Assembly (NCBI RefSeq): GCF_000039765.1
Contig: NC_004459.3
Span: forward strand, 1,680,001-1,712,000
Length of the DNA stretch: 32,000 nucleotides
Source of the DNA: Vibrio vulnificus CMCP6
GTDB taxonomy: Bacteria > Pseudomonadota > Gammaproteobacteria > Enterobacterales > Vibrionaceae
Reading direction: 5' to 3'
The notes below the pieces were generated by a model. That model worked only from the letters and a program-made list of their open reading frames with translations, had not been told where the DNA came from and did no database searches. Made by a program: the position numbers and the translations under genes. Of this stretch, positions 1 through 9,952 are shown one piece after another (the stretch's first letter is position 1; the number at the start of each line of letters is the position of its first letter).

Positions 1-2032
1 GCGTTGGTCTGCTGCAGAAGAGAATAAGGGTGATATGGAAGATACAGATTACCATGTAACGACTTCACAATATGCACGTGAAGCCGAAGATGAAGCAGAT
101 CGTAAAGAAGAAGAAGCTCGTCGCCGTAAGAAGAAGACCAAATCTTCTGCTAAAGCGAGCGAAAATGACGAACGTGGCGGTCCACGTGTACAACGTGGTG
201 GAAAGGGTGGCCGTAAAGGCAAACTTTCTAAGCCTAAGTCAATGCAACACGGTTTTGATAAGAGCGCAGTTGTTGCGAAATCAGACGTTGTGATTGGTGA
301 GACGATCGTTGTTTCTGAACTTGCGAACAAAATGTCGGTTAAAGCGACCGAAGTTATCAAGATCATGATGAAGATGGGCGCTATGGCAACCATCAACCAA
401 GTTATTGACCAAGAAACAGCGCAGCTTGTTGCTGAGGAAATGGGTCACAAAGTTGTTCTACGCAAAGAAAACGAGCTTGAAGAAGCGGTACTTTCTGATC
501 GTGACAACATGTTTGAAGCGGTACCTCGTGCTCCTGTCGTAACCATCATGGGCCACGTAGACCACGGTAAAACGTCAACGCTTGACTACATTCGTCGTAC
601 TCACGTTGCCTCTGGTGAAGCGGGCGGTATTACGCAGCACATCGGTGCATACCACGTTGAAACTGAGAACGGCATGATCACCTTCCTGGATACTCCTGGA
701 CACGCGGCGTTTACCGCAATGCGTGCTCGTGGTGCTCAAGCGACGGATATCGTTGTTCTTGTTGTTGCGGCAGACGATGGTGTAATGCCACAAACTGTAG
801 AAGCAATTCAGCACGCGAAAGCGGCTGGTGTTCCACTGATTGTTGCAGTGAACAAGATCGATAAAGAAGAAGCAAACCCAGACAACGTTAAGAACGAGCT
901 ATCTCAGTACAACGTAATGCCTGAAGAGTGGGGCGGTGAGAACATGTTTGTTCACATCTCTGCGAAACAAGGTACTAACATTGATCAACTACTTGAGACA
1001 ATCCTTCTTCAAGCTGAAGTTCTAGAACTAACAGCAGTGAAAGACGGTATGGCTTCTGGTGTGGTTGTTGAATCTCGCCTTGATAAAGGTCGTGGTCCGG
1101 TTGCAACTGTACTTGTTCAATCTGGTACGCTACGCAAAGGTGATATCGTTCTATGTGGCCAAGAGTATGGCCGTGTACGTGCGATGCGTGACGAAATCGG
1201 TAACGAAGTTAACGAAGCTGGCCCATCAATCCCTGTAGAGATCCTAGGTCTTTCTGGCGTTCCAGCTGCGGGTGATGAAGCGACTGTTGTTCGTGATGAG
1301 CGTAAAGCACGTGAAGTAGCTAACTACCGTGCAGGTAAGTTCCGCGAAGTGAAACTGGCTCGTCAGCAGAAGTCTAAACTAGAGAACATGTTCTCTAACA
1401 TGGCGGCTGGTGATGTTGCAGAACTTAACATCGTACTGAAAGCTGACGTACAAGGCTCTGTTGAAGCTATCGCAGACTCACTAACAAAACTTTCAACTGA
1501 AGAAGTGAAAGTGAACATTGTGGGCTCTGGTGTTGGTGGTATCACAGAAACTGACGCAGTACTTGCTGAAGCGTCTAACGCAATCATCCTGGGCTTTAAC
1601 GTTCGTGCTGATGCCTCTGCGCGTCGAGCTATCGAAGCGGCAAGCATTGATCTACGTTACTACTCAATCATTTACCAATTGATCGACGAAGTGAAACAAG
1701 CGATGAGCGGTATGCTTGCGCCTGAATTCAAACAAGAGATCATTGGTCTTGCTGAAGTTCGTGACGTGTTTAAGTCACCTAAGCTGGGCGCAATCGCAGG
1801 CTGTATGGTTACTGAAGGTCTGATCAAGCGTAACGCACCTATCCGTGTACTTCGTGATAACGTTGTAATCTACGAAGGTGAGCTTGAGTCACTACGTCGC
1901 TTTAAAGACGACGTTGCAGAAGTTAAGAATGGCTACGAGTGTGGTATCGGCGTTAAGAACTACAATGATGTTCGCGTTGGTGACCAAATCGAAGTATTCG
2001 AAACAATTGAGATCAAGCGTACGATCGATTAA
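1..2032 (+). CDS. infB: Translation initiation factor IF-2, 5' end outside window
   Basis: Open frame runs from base 2 to a stop at 2030-2032. G1 motif [29 protein letters not shown], and a C-terminal IF-2 domain; followed by rbfA and truB as expected. The ORF-track start at 35 is internal. Confidence 0.98.
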   Translation, partial: RWSAAEENKGDMEDTDYHVTTSQYAREAEDEADRKEEEARRRKKKTKSSAKASENDERGGPRVQRGGKGGRKGKLSKPKSMQHGFDKSAVVAKSDVVIGETIVVSELANKMSVKATEVIKIMMKMGAMATINQVIDQETAQLVAEEMGHKVVLRKENELEEAVLSDRDNMFEAVPRAPVVTIMGHVDHGKTSTLDYIRRTHVASGEAGGITQHIGAYHVETENGMITFLDTPGHAAFTAMRARGAQATDIVVLVVAADDGVMPQTVEAIQHAKAAGVPLIVAVNKIDKEEANPDNVKNELSQYNVMPEEWGGENMFVHISAKQGTNIDQLLETILLQAEVLELTAVKDGMASGVVVESRLDKGRGPVATVLVQSGTLRKGDIVLCGQEYGRVRAMRDEIGNEVNEAGPSIPVEILGLSGVPAAGDEATVVRDERKAREVANYRAGKFREVKLARQQKSKLENMFSNMAAGDVAELNIVLKADVQGSVEAIADSLTKLSTEEVKVNIVGSGVGGITETDAVLAEASNAIILGFNVRADASARRAIEAASIDLRYYSIIYQLIDEVKQAMSGMLAPEFKQEIIGLAEVRDVFKSPKLGAIAGCMVTEGLIKRNAPIRVLRDNVVIYEGELESLRRFKDDVAEVKNGYECGIGVKNYNDVRVGDQIEVFETIEIKRTID

Positions 2033-2080
2033 TTGACTAAAATTGCCGATAACTGGCAATTGTAGGTTGTTGAATACGCC

Positions 2081-2108
2081 ATGGGGGGTTGGGATATCCA
2101 CCCCCCAT
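2081..2108 (+). promoter_or_regulatory. G6/C6 stem-loop in the infB-rbfA intergenic region (possible attenuator or processing site)
   Basis: ATGGGGGG-t-TGG-gatat-CCA-CCCCCCAT; 8-bp outer and 3-bp inner pairing. Confidence 0.5.
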
Positions 2109-2131
2109 TCTTTCTATATAAGAGAAAAGAT

Positions 2132-2527
2132 ATGTCAAAAGATTTTAGCCGCACGCAGCGTGTTTCACAGCAGCTGCAAAAAGAACTTGCGATGATCCTG
2201 CAACGTGAAGTTCGTGATTCTCGTTTGGGTATGGTGACGATTTCCGATGTGGAAGTGTCACGTGACCTCGCTTATGCGAAAGTCTTTGTTACCTTCCTAT
2301 GTGTTGGCGAACAAACACCTGAATCTTGTCTAGCCGCGCTACGTGAGCATGAAGTACATATTCGTATGATGCTAGGTAAACGCATCCGTCTTCGTTTGAC
2401 GCCTGAAGTTCGCTTCTATTACGACAACACTTTGGTTGAAGGTATGCGCATGTCAAACCTTGTCACCGAAGTGGTCAACAAAGACAAAATCAAGCAAAAA
2501 GATGCAGGTCGTGAGGACGAAGAGTAA
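2132..2527 (+). CDS. rbfA: Ribosome-binding factor A
   Basis: [29 protein letters not shown]...; start moved to the ATG at 2132 after AGAGAAAAGA. Syntenic between infB and truB. Confidence 0.95.
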   Translation: MSKDFSRTQRVSQQLQKELAMILQREVRDSRLGMVTISDVEVSRDLAYAKVFVTFLCVGEQTPESCLAALREHEVHIRMMLGKRIRLRLTPEVRFYYDNTLVEGMRMSNLVTEVVNKDKIKQKDAGREDEE

Positions 2528-3471
2528 TGGCTCGTCGTCGTAAAGGTCGCCCGATTGATGGTGTTATCTTATTAGATAAACCAACAGGAATGTCATCTAA
2601 CGATGCTTTGCAAAAAGTAAAACGTCTTTACTTCGCTGAAAAAGCCGGCCATACAGGCGCGCTTGACCCTTTGGCGACGGGTATGTTGCCAATCTGCCTT
2701 GGTGAAGCGACAAAGTTTTCTCAGTTCTTGCTCGACTCAGATAAACGCTATCGAGTGATTGCCAAGCTAGGTGAGCGCACCGACACTTCAGATTCTGACG
2801 GCGACGTAGTGGAAACGCGCCCTGTTAACGTGACGCTTGAGACCCTAGAAGCGTGTATTGAGAAATTCCGTGGCGAATCTGATCAAGTCCCCTCGATGTT
2901 CTCAGCATTGAAATATCAAGGTAAGCCTTTATATGAATATGCACGTAAAGGCATTGAGGTGCCACGTGAGTCTCGTAAGATAACCGTCTATGAGATCACT
3001 CTTCACCGCTTTGAAGGTGAGGAAGTGGAAATGGAAGTGCATTGCTCAAAAGGTACTTACATTCGCACAATCGTCGACGATCTAGGTGAAATGCTTGGCT
3101 GTGGTGCCCACGTAACCATGCTACGTCGTACAGGTGTTGCAAAATACCCTTATGAAAACATGGTGACCTTAGAGCAGCTTAATGAATTGGTTGATAACGC
3201 CAATCGTGATGGTGTTGCACCACGTGAGGTGTTGGATCCACTGCTGATGCCGATGGATACCGCAGTTGAAGATTTGCCAGAAGTGAATCTGATCGCGGAT
3301 CTAGCCGATATGGTGATGCATGGCCAAGCTGTTCAAGTCTTGGGTGCGCCTACAGAAGGCCAACTCAGACTGACCATGGGTGAAGAAAGACGCTTTATCG
3401 GTGTCGGTGAAATGAATCGCGATGGGAAAATTGCACCAAAACGTTTGGTGGTTTTTCGCGACGAAGAGTAG
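2527..3471 (+). CDS. truB: tRNA pseudouridine(55) synthase
   Basis: [18 protein letters not shown] and [24 protein letters not shown] motifs; ATG overlaps the rbfA stop (taATG). Confidence 0.97.
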   Translation: MARRRKGRPIDGVILLDKPTGMSSNDALQKVKRLYFAEKAGHTGALDPLATGMLPICLGEATKFSQFLLDSDKRYRVIAKLGERTDTSDSDGDVVETRPVNVTLETLEACIEKFRGESDQVPSMFSALKYQGKPLYEYARKGIEVPRESRKITVYEITLHRFEGEEVEMEVHCSKGTYIRTIVDDLGEMLGCGAHVTMLRRTGVAKYPYENMVTLEQLNELVDNANRDGVAPREVLDPLLMPMDTAVEDLPEVNLIADLADMVMHGQAVQVLGAPTEGQLRLTMGEERRFIGVGEMNRDGKIAPKRLVVFRDEE

Positions 3472-3497
3472 CGAAACAGAGCATAAATAAAAATACC

Positions 3498-3508
3498 GGC
3501 ACAGAGGC
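3498..3508. repeat. Left target-site duplication GGCACAGAGGC of the IS4-like element
   Basis: Exact 11-bp match to 4939..4949, directly abutting both inverted repeats. Confidence 0.95.
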
Positions 3509-3565
3509 TAATGCCGATCAGTTAAGAGATAAATGATCGGTTGAACGATCCTGCAGATGGCTTAT

Positions 3566-3602
3566 AAAGGCTCTAAGTTTCTAAAACTTTGAGCCTTTTA
3601 TT
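3566..3602 (+). terminator. Strong stem-loop inside the IS upstream of the transposase
   Basis: AAAGGCTCTAAGTTT-cta-AAACTTTGAGCCTTT, 14/15 pairs, followed by TATTTT. Position fits an anti-readthrough structure. Confidence 0.65.
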
Positions 3603-4925
3603 TTGCAATTAACTACAGCCCTAACACTCGCCAATCGTTATGCCCCCAATACTGAACAACTTGGAAAACTCAGTGACATTCTTTGCCCTGATTTCATCAA
3701 CCAATGCTTAGAAGCTTCTGGTGTGGCCACTATTCGTAAACGTCGTATCCCTCTCGACATGGCCGTTTGGGCGGTCGTTGCTATGTCGCTTTACCGACAA
3801 GAGCCTTTGTGGTCAATTGTCTCCAAAGCGCAATTAATGTTGCCCGGGAAGCGAAGTCTGGTTGCCCCTAGTGCTATCGTTCAAGCGAGACAACGGCTCG
3901 GGGCTGATGCAATGAAAGAAGTATTTCATCAAAGCCAGAGCTTATGGAATGAAACAGCTGACCATCCGACTTGGTGTGGATTAAAACTCCTCGCTGTCGA
4001 TGGCGTGGTATGGCGAACGCCAGACACTAAGGAAAACCGTGATGCGTTTCAATCTGCGTCAAATCAGAATGGTGAAGGTAGCTTTCCTCAGGTGCGTATG
4101 GTTTGCCAGATGGAGTTGACCAGTCACATGCTGGTCGCCAGTGCTTTCGCGAGTTACAAAACCAATGAGATGATATTGGCGGAACAGTTGATTGAAACAA
4201 CACCAGACTACAGCCTCACAATGTTCGACAGAGGTTTTTACTCTCTTAGCCTTCTTCATCGTTGGGCAAATACAGGTAATGAAAGGCATTGGCTAATGCC
4301 AATGCGCAAGAATACCCAATTTACTGAAGTTAGAAAGCTGGGTCGCAATGATCGGATTGTCGAACTCAAGACAACGCCTCAAGCGAGAAAGAAGTCCCTG
4401 TCACTACCTGAAACCATCGAAGTTCGCCTGATAAAGAAAACTATCAAAGGGAAAGAAGTGAGTATCTTGACCTCGATGACTGATCATCGTCGTTATCCGC
4501 CAGCGGAAATAGCAGAGCTTTACAGTCATAGATGGGAAATCGAAGTGGGATATCGTGAAATGAAGTCTTCACTTCTGAACAACGAGTTCACACTGAGAAG
4601 CAAGAAGCCAGAGATGGTAAAACAAGAACTATGGGGCTTATTACTTAGCTATAACATTATTAGATATCAGATGGTTAACATGGCTAAAGCTGTGCCAGGC
4701 ATCTACCCCAACCAACTGAGCTTCACAACGTGTGCTCACTCTATCATTCACGTAATTTTGGGGTTCTGGTTGGAGTCAGCGGGAACAATCCCTAAGCGCA
4801 TTACTCACTTGCAAGAGGAGGCGATACACCATGTCTTGTCCATTAAACGAGAAGAGCGGATATATCCGAGAGCAATAAAACCAAAGGCAAAGAAATACCC
4901 CAATAAAAAAAGCCAGTCAGCTTAA
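3603..4925 (+). CDS. IS4-subgroup transposase (DDE, YREMK motif)
   Basis: 440 aa: [62 protein letters not shown]; closely resembles the IS4 transposase. TTG start; stop lies inside the right inverted repeat. Confidence 0.95.
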   Translation: MQLTTALTLANRYAPNTEQLGKLSDILCPDFINQCLEASGVATIRKRRIPLDMAVWAVVAMSLYRQEPLWSIVSKAQLMLPGKRSLVAPSAIVQARQRLGADAMKEVFHQSQSLWNETADHPTWCGLKLLAVDGVVWRTPDTKENRDAFQSASNQNGEGSFPQVRMVCQMELTSHMLVASAFASYKTNEMILAEQLIETTPDYSLTMFDRGFYSLSLLHRWANTGNERHWLMPMRKNTQFTEVRKLGRNDRIVELKTTPQARKKSLSLPETIEVRLIKKTIKGKEVSILTSMTDHRRYPPAEIAELYSHRWEIEVGYREMKSSLLNNEFTLRSKKPEMVKQELWGLLLSYNIIRYQMVNMAKAVPGIYPNQLSFTTCAHSIIHVILGFWLESAGTIPKRITHLQEEAIHHVLSIKREERIYPRAIKPKAKKYPNKKSQSA

Positions 4926-4938
4926 CTGACTGGCATTA

Positions 4939-4949
4939 GGCACAGAGGC
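4939..4949. repeat. Right target-site duplication GGCACAGAGGC
   Basis: Exact match to 3498..3508. Confidence 0.95.
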
Positions 4950-4962
4950 CGGTATTTTTGTA

Positions 4963-4991
4963 TTGCTCAAAGGGAGAATATTCCCTATAAT
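4963..4991 (+). promoter_or_regulatory. Probable rpsO promoter
   Basis: TTGCTC-17 bp-TATAAT (4963-4968, 4986-4991), about 74 bp upstream of the rpsO ATG. Confidence 0.6.
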
Positions 4992-5064
4992 TCGCGCTCC
5001 TCGTGTCGGCTGAATCAGAGATTGGCTGGCACAAATATTAACCTACTCTTATTAGGAGAGAATT

Positions 5065-5334
5065 ATGTCTCTGAATGCAGAAACTAAAGCAGCAATCGTT
5101 GCTGATTACGCACGTGGCGAAGGCGACACTGGTTCACCAGAAGTACAAGTAGCACTACTAACTGCTTCTATCAACCACCTACAAGGTCACTTCCAAGCGC
5201 ACAAAGGCGATCACCACAGCCGTCGTGGTCTTCTACGCATGGTTTCTCGTCGTCGTAAGCTTCTAGACTACCTAAAAGGTAAAGATCTAGCTCGCTACCA
5301 AGACCTAATCAAACGTCTAGGCCTACGTCGCTAA
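5065..5334 (+). CDS. rpsO: 30S ribosomal protein S15
   Basis: [71 protein letters not shown]...; RBS AGGAGAG. Confidence 0.99.
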
Positions 5335-5361
5335 TTAGTGACTGCATAGCACAGTTTGTCG

Positions 5362-5387
5362 AAAAAGGGGCTATATGCCCCTTTTTT
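5362..5387 (+). terminator. Rho-independent terminator after rpsO
   Basis: AAAAAGGGGC-tata-tGCCCCTTTTTT hairpin with T tract. Confidence 0.85.
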
Positions 5388-5620
5388 GTATCTGCAAATC
5401 ACCATCACCTTCATCGCTTTTTTCTCTCTTTACCGTTTTTGTTTCTTCATTTTATATTGTTTCTTCTGACATTAGCGTTCCGCCAATTTCCTAACTGACT
5501 CGCAGAGCGGAAACCTCACAGTGCAAAACGCTCAGAATCTTATTGTTGATGTTTTACACACCAATATGTTGTGTGCAAAATTTCGGCAATTCTGTAATGC
5601 CGTCAATGAGATACAAGATC

Positions 5621-8600
5621 ATGTCAAAACCTGCAGCCACGATAGGTCATAATCATCTTTGTCCCAAAAAGACTGGGAAGATTCCTCACGTTGGAGGGCC
5701 GATCACGACAGGTTCAAGTAATGTCATGATCAACGGTGTGCCAGCAGCAAGAAAGGGAGATTCCATGGTTTGTGTGGGGCCTCCTGATAGCATAAAACAA
5801 GGCTCATCTTCCGTATTCATTAATGGTAAGCCAGCGGCTCGAATGTTTGACGCTACCAATCATGGCGGTGTCATTATTGGCGGTAGCCCTAATGTGTTTA
5901 TTGGTGATGCTGGGTGCTATCCTGACTCACAAGACTCTGCAGTTGCAAGTAGCGACTCTCGTCCGCAAAGCAATGAAGATAAACAAGTAGCGCCACCAAC
6001 AAAGCAAAGTAATTCTCTCTCAAACGAGCCTCAAGCTTCACCCTCATCTACGTCACATACGCCAGCGAATGGTTCCTCGACATCATCGGCTGTAGATAGC
6101 AATACCGTATATCCGGGTCTGTCGACAGATCAGAATCGTGAGCCGAAAACATTTTCCATTGTTCCTATTCGTTATGCGATTGATATGGAAAGGCAGACGC
6201 CTGAATCGGTACTAGGCCGCGGGCCTCTGTCAATATCGACACCCTACGTGCTACGTCAGTTGCGCGATGGATGGCTTTATATTTATGACGACCTCACTCA
6301 AGAGATAACGGAGTATAAAGTAGAAGGCGCATCACTTACTGGCGATGCAAACATCTATCTCGAAGGCACAACCCTGCATATCGCTTTCTCATTAATACAA
6401 TGGACAAAGCGTATTGTTGATACCCTCAAACAAGATTCGAGTTTAAGACATCGATGGATGCGTCGAGTGGTTTGTATTGAAGGAGAACAGTGGCATGTTG
6501 GTGATGAATTGACGCTCGAACATGTTTCGGATATGGATACGTGTCCACACGATTTTATAATGAGCTCGGTTTCATTACGAGAGCCGCCTAAAGTAGATTC
6601 AGGAGATGAGGTAGAGAGTAACCCGACAGCAGACGCTATTATGAGTCAGCTCGTAACCAGCAAACCCACTTTTTCCGCAGGTGAGTGGCTAGGAAATGCT
6701 CAGGGGGACGTAACATTAGTTGTGGCGTTGGATGATGTGCTTTCTGATGTACTTGATCTCACTATCCCATTAAATGTGCCAATTATTGAAAACCTTTCAA
6801 TAACGAAAGATGAAGACGAATTTCATAAGCTTGAGATGGCACGTATCGCGCGAAGTTTGGCGCGAGTGCAAGTGCCTGAATCGAAGTGGAGTTCAAACAT
6901 CAATAAATCAACCTATCCTTATTTTGAAGCTGATTTACATGCCTATTTTAAGGAGCGCGAGGCGGATGTTACTGAATTAGTCGCAAAGCAACAAAAACAA
7001 AGTTATGTGAGCCTGAATACTAAGGAGCACTCTACACACGGCTCCAAAGGGCTAAAAATATTACGAGAACGCTGGGACTATGTGCCAGATGAACTTGATC
7101 ATAAGCTCTGGTTTGAAAGACGAAAATACGTCGATGAAGTCAATTGGAAAAAACTGGATCGATTCAGTAACGAGATGGAATCCAAGTTGGGAGAGGCAGA
7201 GACGAAGATCGACCTCTATATGCGTGAGTTATACTCAGGCTTACAGGGGGCTGACGTCGTTGACCCTATGCGTTATGGCATAGATATCTACACACAAGAG
7301 GGTATGAATCACTACATTGTCCTCACCCATGAAATCTTTACCACCATGCAACTAGCGGTGCAAAACCGTGAACGAGAACTTAAAAAGTTAAATGAGTTTT
7401 TAGCGGGACGAAATATTCTCTCCTTTGCCCCCTATGGCGGCAGTGAATCCCTTAGCTTTGCGGTAACGCGAGAGCTGGATAATACCGAATCAATAAATCT
7501 AGTTCCCCACTATACCAATATCGTTGGGGCATTTGATAAATTAAAAGATCTGATGCAACACGGTACAGGACGCGATGCGATATGGGTGCGAGAACTAACC
7601 GAAGAAGCTCGTGCAGTACTCGATATATTGGGCAAAACTTTGAAAGGAGAGCTGAGTGACTATTTGAACCATTTGTTGCTCTATATCTATCCTGATCGTT
7701 TATCGAGTCCTCCCCTGCTGTTTGAAATAAAAAGGGCCATTTGGTGGTGTCGGATCAAACAGGAAGTACCGAGATTTAATGATGACTATATCAATGGAAC
7801 GCAACGATTTCGGAAAGAGTTTAAGCAGTTGGTTAAAGAACTCTCTGATGAATATTACAAACTCGACAAGCACACAATATGGCCGGTCCGAAAATACAAC
7901 CAGTATAAAAAACTGAGAACATCGTTACTTGAAAAATTGGTGGAACATCCGGACTTGATCTCTATTCGTGCCGACGAAAGTTTTCGCCAAAGTCGCAAGG
8001 CCTTACACGCGCGTTATATGCAGTTGGTTGGAGGAAAGTTTACACAAGCGAGCACTGCTTATAGCTCAGTTGGTGGTAACGCGGCATTAACGGTACTGCT
8101 CAATAGTATTAACTTAAATATGCTTAGTGGAACGCTAGGTGATACTGGAAAAGGCTCTGATGTACATAGCAAAGCACTTCAAGATGTTGGAATTGGACTG
8201 ATGTGGCTAATTTCCGCTTCTGGAGATCTCACAAAAAATCTTGTTGGGTCGTATTTGTCTAAGTCAATATCTGATATGAAGACAAAAACAGTCATGGAAA
8301 TTGCCTCTGCAAAAAGTATAAAGATTAGAGGGATAAGTGCCAATCGGATTTTTGTTTCTGCTCTTGTTACAGGGGCGATGTTTGGTGCTATAGCGTCGGC
8401 TTGGGAAATATACAAAAATAATCGTTTATTTCTACAATCAAACAATATATATGAGAAGGGGCTTTTACTACTTATTTCTTCTTCATATCTAGCTCAATTT
8501 GGTGTTTATATGGCAGTTTATATACGTGCTTCTATTTTAAACATAGCAGTTGGAAATTTACTTTTACCGTGGATGGTGACTGTCGGTGGATGGGTTGCAA

Positions 8601-9163
8601 TAAGCACTGTATTTATTCAAATTTTATATGAAATCAGCAAAAAAAATGAAATTGAAAAGTGGCTATCTGAATCTACGTGGGGAAAGAGTAATGCTAAATG
8701 GAGCAAGGAGAAAGAGCTATTAGAGTACAAAAAAATAGCGTTGAAACCAATAGTAGAAATCAAAGAACAAGCTAGCGTGTTCCCTTATGGGATGGAAAAA
8801 ACAACACCAAGTAGTGAAGGTTATTATCATGCGTCAACTACCAAAATGGCTGTTAATAGCCCGTTGTGTCGCTATGTATGCCGATTTTACGTTCCAGATC
8901 CAGAGCAAGGCATTGTTCTGACCATATTAAATAATGCGATTTTTATTCAAAAAAGTGGAAAATGGGAGCAGGAAGAAGGCCAATATTTCTATGAGATAGC
9001 GATGGAAAGTCGTACTGGTTTACGAGTAAATGTGACTTATGCTAGTGATGAAAGTGATATATGTTATCTAGTTTCAGGAAAAGGGGAAGGGCAATGTTCA
9101 GTTTCTTTCAATGATGGACGAGAAGTGAATGGTGATACATATCAAATTATAGGGCGTAAATAA
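5621..9163 (+). CDS. Putative type VI secretion effector: N-terminal PAAR domain, Ser/Thr/Pro-rich linker, MIX/VasX-N-like region, C-terminal multi-helix membrane region
   Basis: PAAR-like repeats (MSKPAATIGHNHLC...HVGGPITTGSSNVMINGVPAARKGDSMVC...GSSSVFINGKPAARMFDATNHGG); VPIRYAID and LRDGWLYIYDD match the MIX pattern hRxGhhYhhh; hydrophobic segments RIFVSALVTGAMFGAIASAW, GLLLLISSSYLAQFGVYMAVYI, NLLLPWMVTVGGWVAISTVFIQIL. The start is uncertain: the ORF track opens at 5543, and ATGs at 5597 and 5621 are more plausible from PAAR alignment. Confidence 0.8.
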   Translation: MSKPAATIGHNHLCPKKTGKIPHVGGPITTGSSNVMINGVPAARKGDSMVCVGPPDSIKQGSSSVFINGKPAARMFDATNHGGVIIGGSPNVFIGDAGCYPDSQDSAVASSDSRPQSNEDKQVAPPTKQSNSLSNEPQASPSSTSHTPANGSSTSSAVDSNTVYPGLSTDQNREPKTFSIVPIRYAIDMERQTPESVLGRGPLSISTPYVLRQLRDGWLYIYDDLTQEITEYKVEGASLTGDANIYLEGTTLHIAFSLIQWTKRIVDTLKQDSSLRHRWMRRVVCIEGEQWHVGDELTLEHVSDMDTCPHDFIMSSVSLREPPKVDSGDEVESNPTADAIMSQLVTSKPTFSAGEWLGNAQGDVTLVVALDDVLSDVLDLTIPLNVPIIENLSITKDEDEFHKLEMARIARSLARVQVPESKWSSNINKSTYPYFEADLHAYFKEREADVTELVAKQQKQSYVSLNTKEHSTHGSKGLKILRERWDYVPDELDHKLWFERRKYVDEVNWKKLDRFSNEMESKLGEAETKIDLYMRELYSGLQGADVVDPMRYGIDIYTQEGMNHYIVLTHEIFTTMQLAVQNRERELKKLNEFLAGRNILSFAPYGGSESLSFAVTRELDNTESINLVPHYTNIVGAFDKLKDLMQHGTGRDAIWVRELTEEARAVLDILGKTLKGELSDYLNHLLLYIYPDRLSSPPLLFEIKRAIWWCRIKQEVPRFNDDYINGTQRFRKEFKQLVKELSDEYYKLDKHTIWPVRKYNQYKKLRTSLLEKLVEHPDLISIRADESFRQSRKALHARYMQLVGGKFTQASTAYSSVGGNAALTVLLNSINLNMLSGTLGDTGKGSDVHSKALQDVGIGLMWLISASGDLTKNLVGSYLSKSISDMKTKTVMEIASAKSIKIRGISANRIFVSALVTGAMFGAIASAWEIYKNNRLFLQSNNIYEKGLLLLISSSYLAQFGVYMAVYIRASILNIAVGNLLLPWMVTVGGWVAISTVFIQILYEISKKNEIEKWLSESTWGKSNAKWSKEKELLEYKKIALKPIVEIKEQASVFPYGMEKTTPSSEGYYHASTTKMAVNSPLCRYVCRFYVPDPEQGIVLTILNNAIFIQKSGKWEQEEGQYFYEIAMESRTGLRVNVTYASDESDICYLVSGKGEGQCSVSFNDGREVNGDTYQIIGRK

Positions 9164-9903
9164 TGTCGATTTTTTACTCATTGGATGAGCAGGCGATAAA
9201 GCAAGAGATTGCTTATAAAAAAGAAAGGCTCTCTACAGAAGATATATTATTTTCTTGGGTTTGTACGCCTAAGAGATTTTTTGTTGAGGAGGTTTTTGTT
9301 TTTTCTATGATTATATTTCCATCCTTAATTTTTTTCTTTTCAGCTTCAAGTTGGGATGGGGTATTTTTTGCGTTTTTTATTACTGTATTCATGATTTTGT
9401 TTGGACTCTATATGAGATTTACTGTTTTTCAACCTAAAACGTATTGTTATGAACTCACTAAAGTCGGTATTCGGTATACCATAGAAGAGAATGTACATGA
9501 GAACTTTTACAAGTTTTCTCGCGCTGGAGGTAAATTAGCGGCTTTTGTCAGTGTTATTGCGGTTATATTTTTAGGGCCACTTGCATTAGCGGGAGCGGGT
9601 GCGGGGTTACTTCACGCGAGAGCTATGTCTAATCATAGAAAAAGGACAGAATACGAGGAGTATATTATTCCGAATAGTTTTCGTGTTAGGTATCAACATA
9701 GTCGCCAGCAGGTCGCATTAAACCCTAGGTTTGAGTTGGAAATGCAGGAAATAGGAGTATGGGAGATGACATCACCTCCGGGTATACATATAGACAAATC
9801 TGATCTTTATAAGTTGTTTTATTATCTTAAAAAAGAGTTTGACGTGATTGATATAAAAGAGGTCAATAGCTTTAAAGAACTTAAACTTGAATATTTAAAT
9901 TAA
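9163..9903 (+). CDS. Tandem membrane-protein paralog, copy 1; putative effector immunity protein
   Basis: ATG overlaps the effector stop (taATG). 246 aa with hydrophobic stretches near residues 46-80 and GGKLAAFVSVIAVIFLGPLALAGAGAG. Confidence 0.65.
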   Translation: MSIFYSLDEQAIKQEIAYKKERLSTEDILFSWVCTPKRFFVEEVFVFSMIIFPSLIFFFSASSWDGVFFAFFITVFMILFGLYMRFTVFQPKTYCYELTKVGIRYTIEENVHENFYKFSRAGGKLAAFVSVIAVIFLGPLALAGAGAGLLHARAMSNHRKRTEYEEYIIPNSFRVRYQHSRQQVALNPRFELEMQEIGVWEMTSPPGIHIDKSDLYKLFYYLKKEFDVIDIKEVNSFKELKLEYLN

Positions 9904-9952
9904 ACGATATGTTTTTTATAGTCTACATTCCTCGGTCGGACTCTAGGTTTTT

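Larger units (their letters stand above)
3509..4938 (+). mobile_element. IS4 family (IS4 subgroup) insertion sequence, 1430 bp, structurally complete
   Basis: Left end TAATGCCGATCAGTTAAG; right end reverse complement TAATGCCAGTCAGTTAAG (16/18 identical); 11-bp direct repeats; one full-length transposase. Size and ends resemble classical IS4. Confidence 0.95.

Noticed and set aside
49-396. Minus-strand ORFs antisense to infB (49..396, 1363..1647, 1892..2101)
   Set aside because: They lie fully inside a strongly conserved coding gene with no recognisable protein similarity; explained by codon-usage shadow.
4059-4289. Minus-strand ORF inside the transposase
   Set aside because: Antisense to conserved transposase sequence with no domain features; shadow ORF.
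5543-5620. N-terminal extension MLMFYTPICCVQNFGNSVMPSMRYKI of the effector in the ORF track
   Set aside because: It precedes the canonical start of a PAAR domain and has no clear RBS. Internal ATGs at 5597 or 5621 are more likely, although none has a strong RBS.
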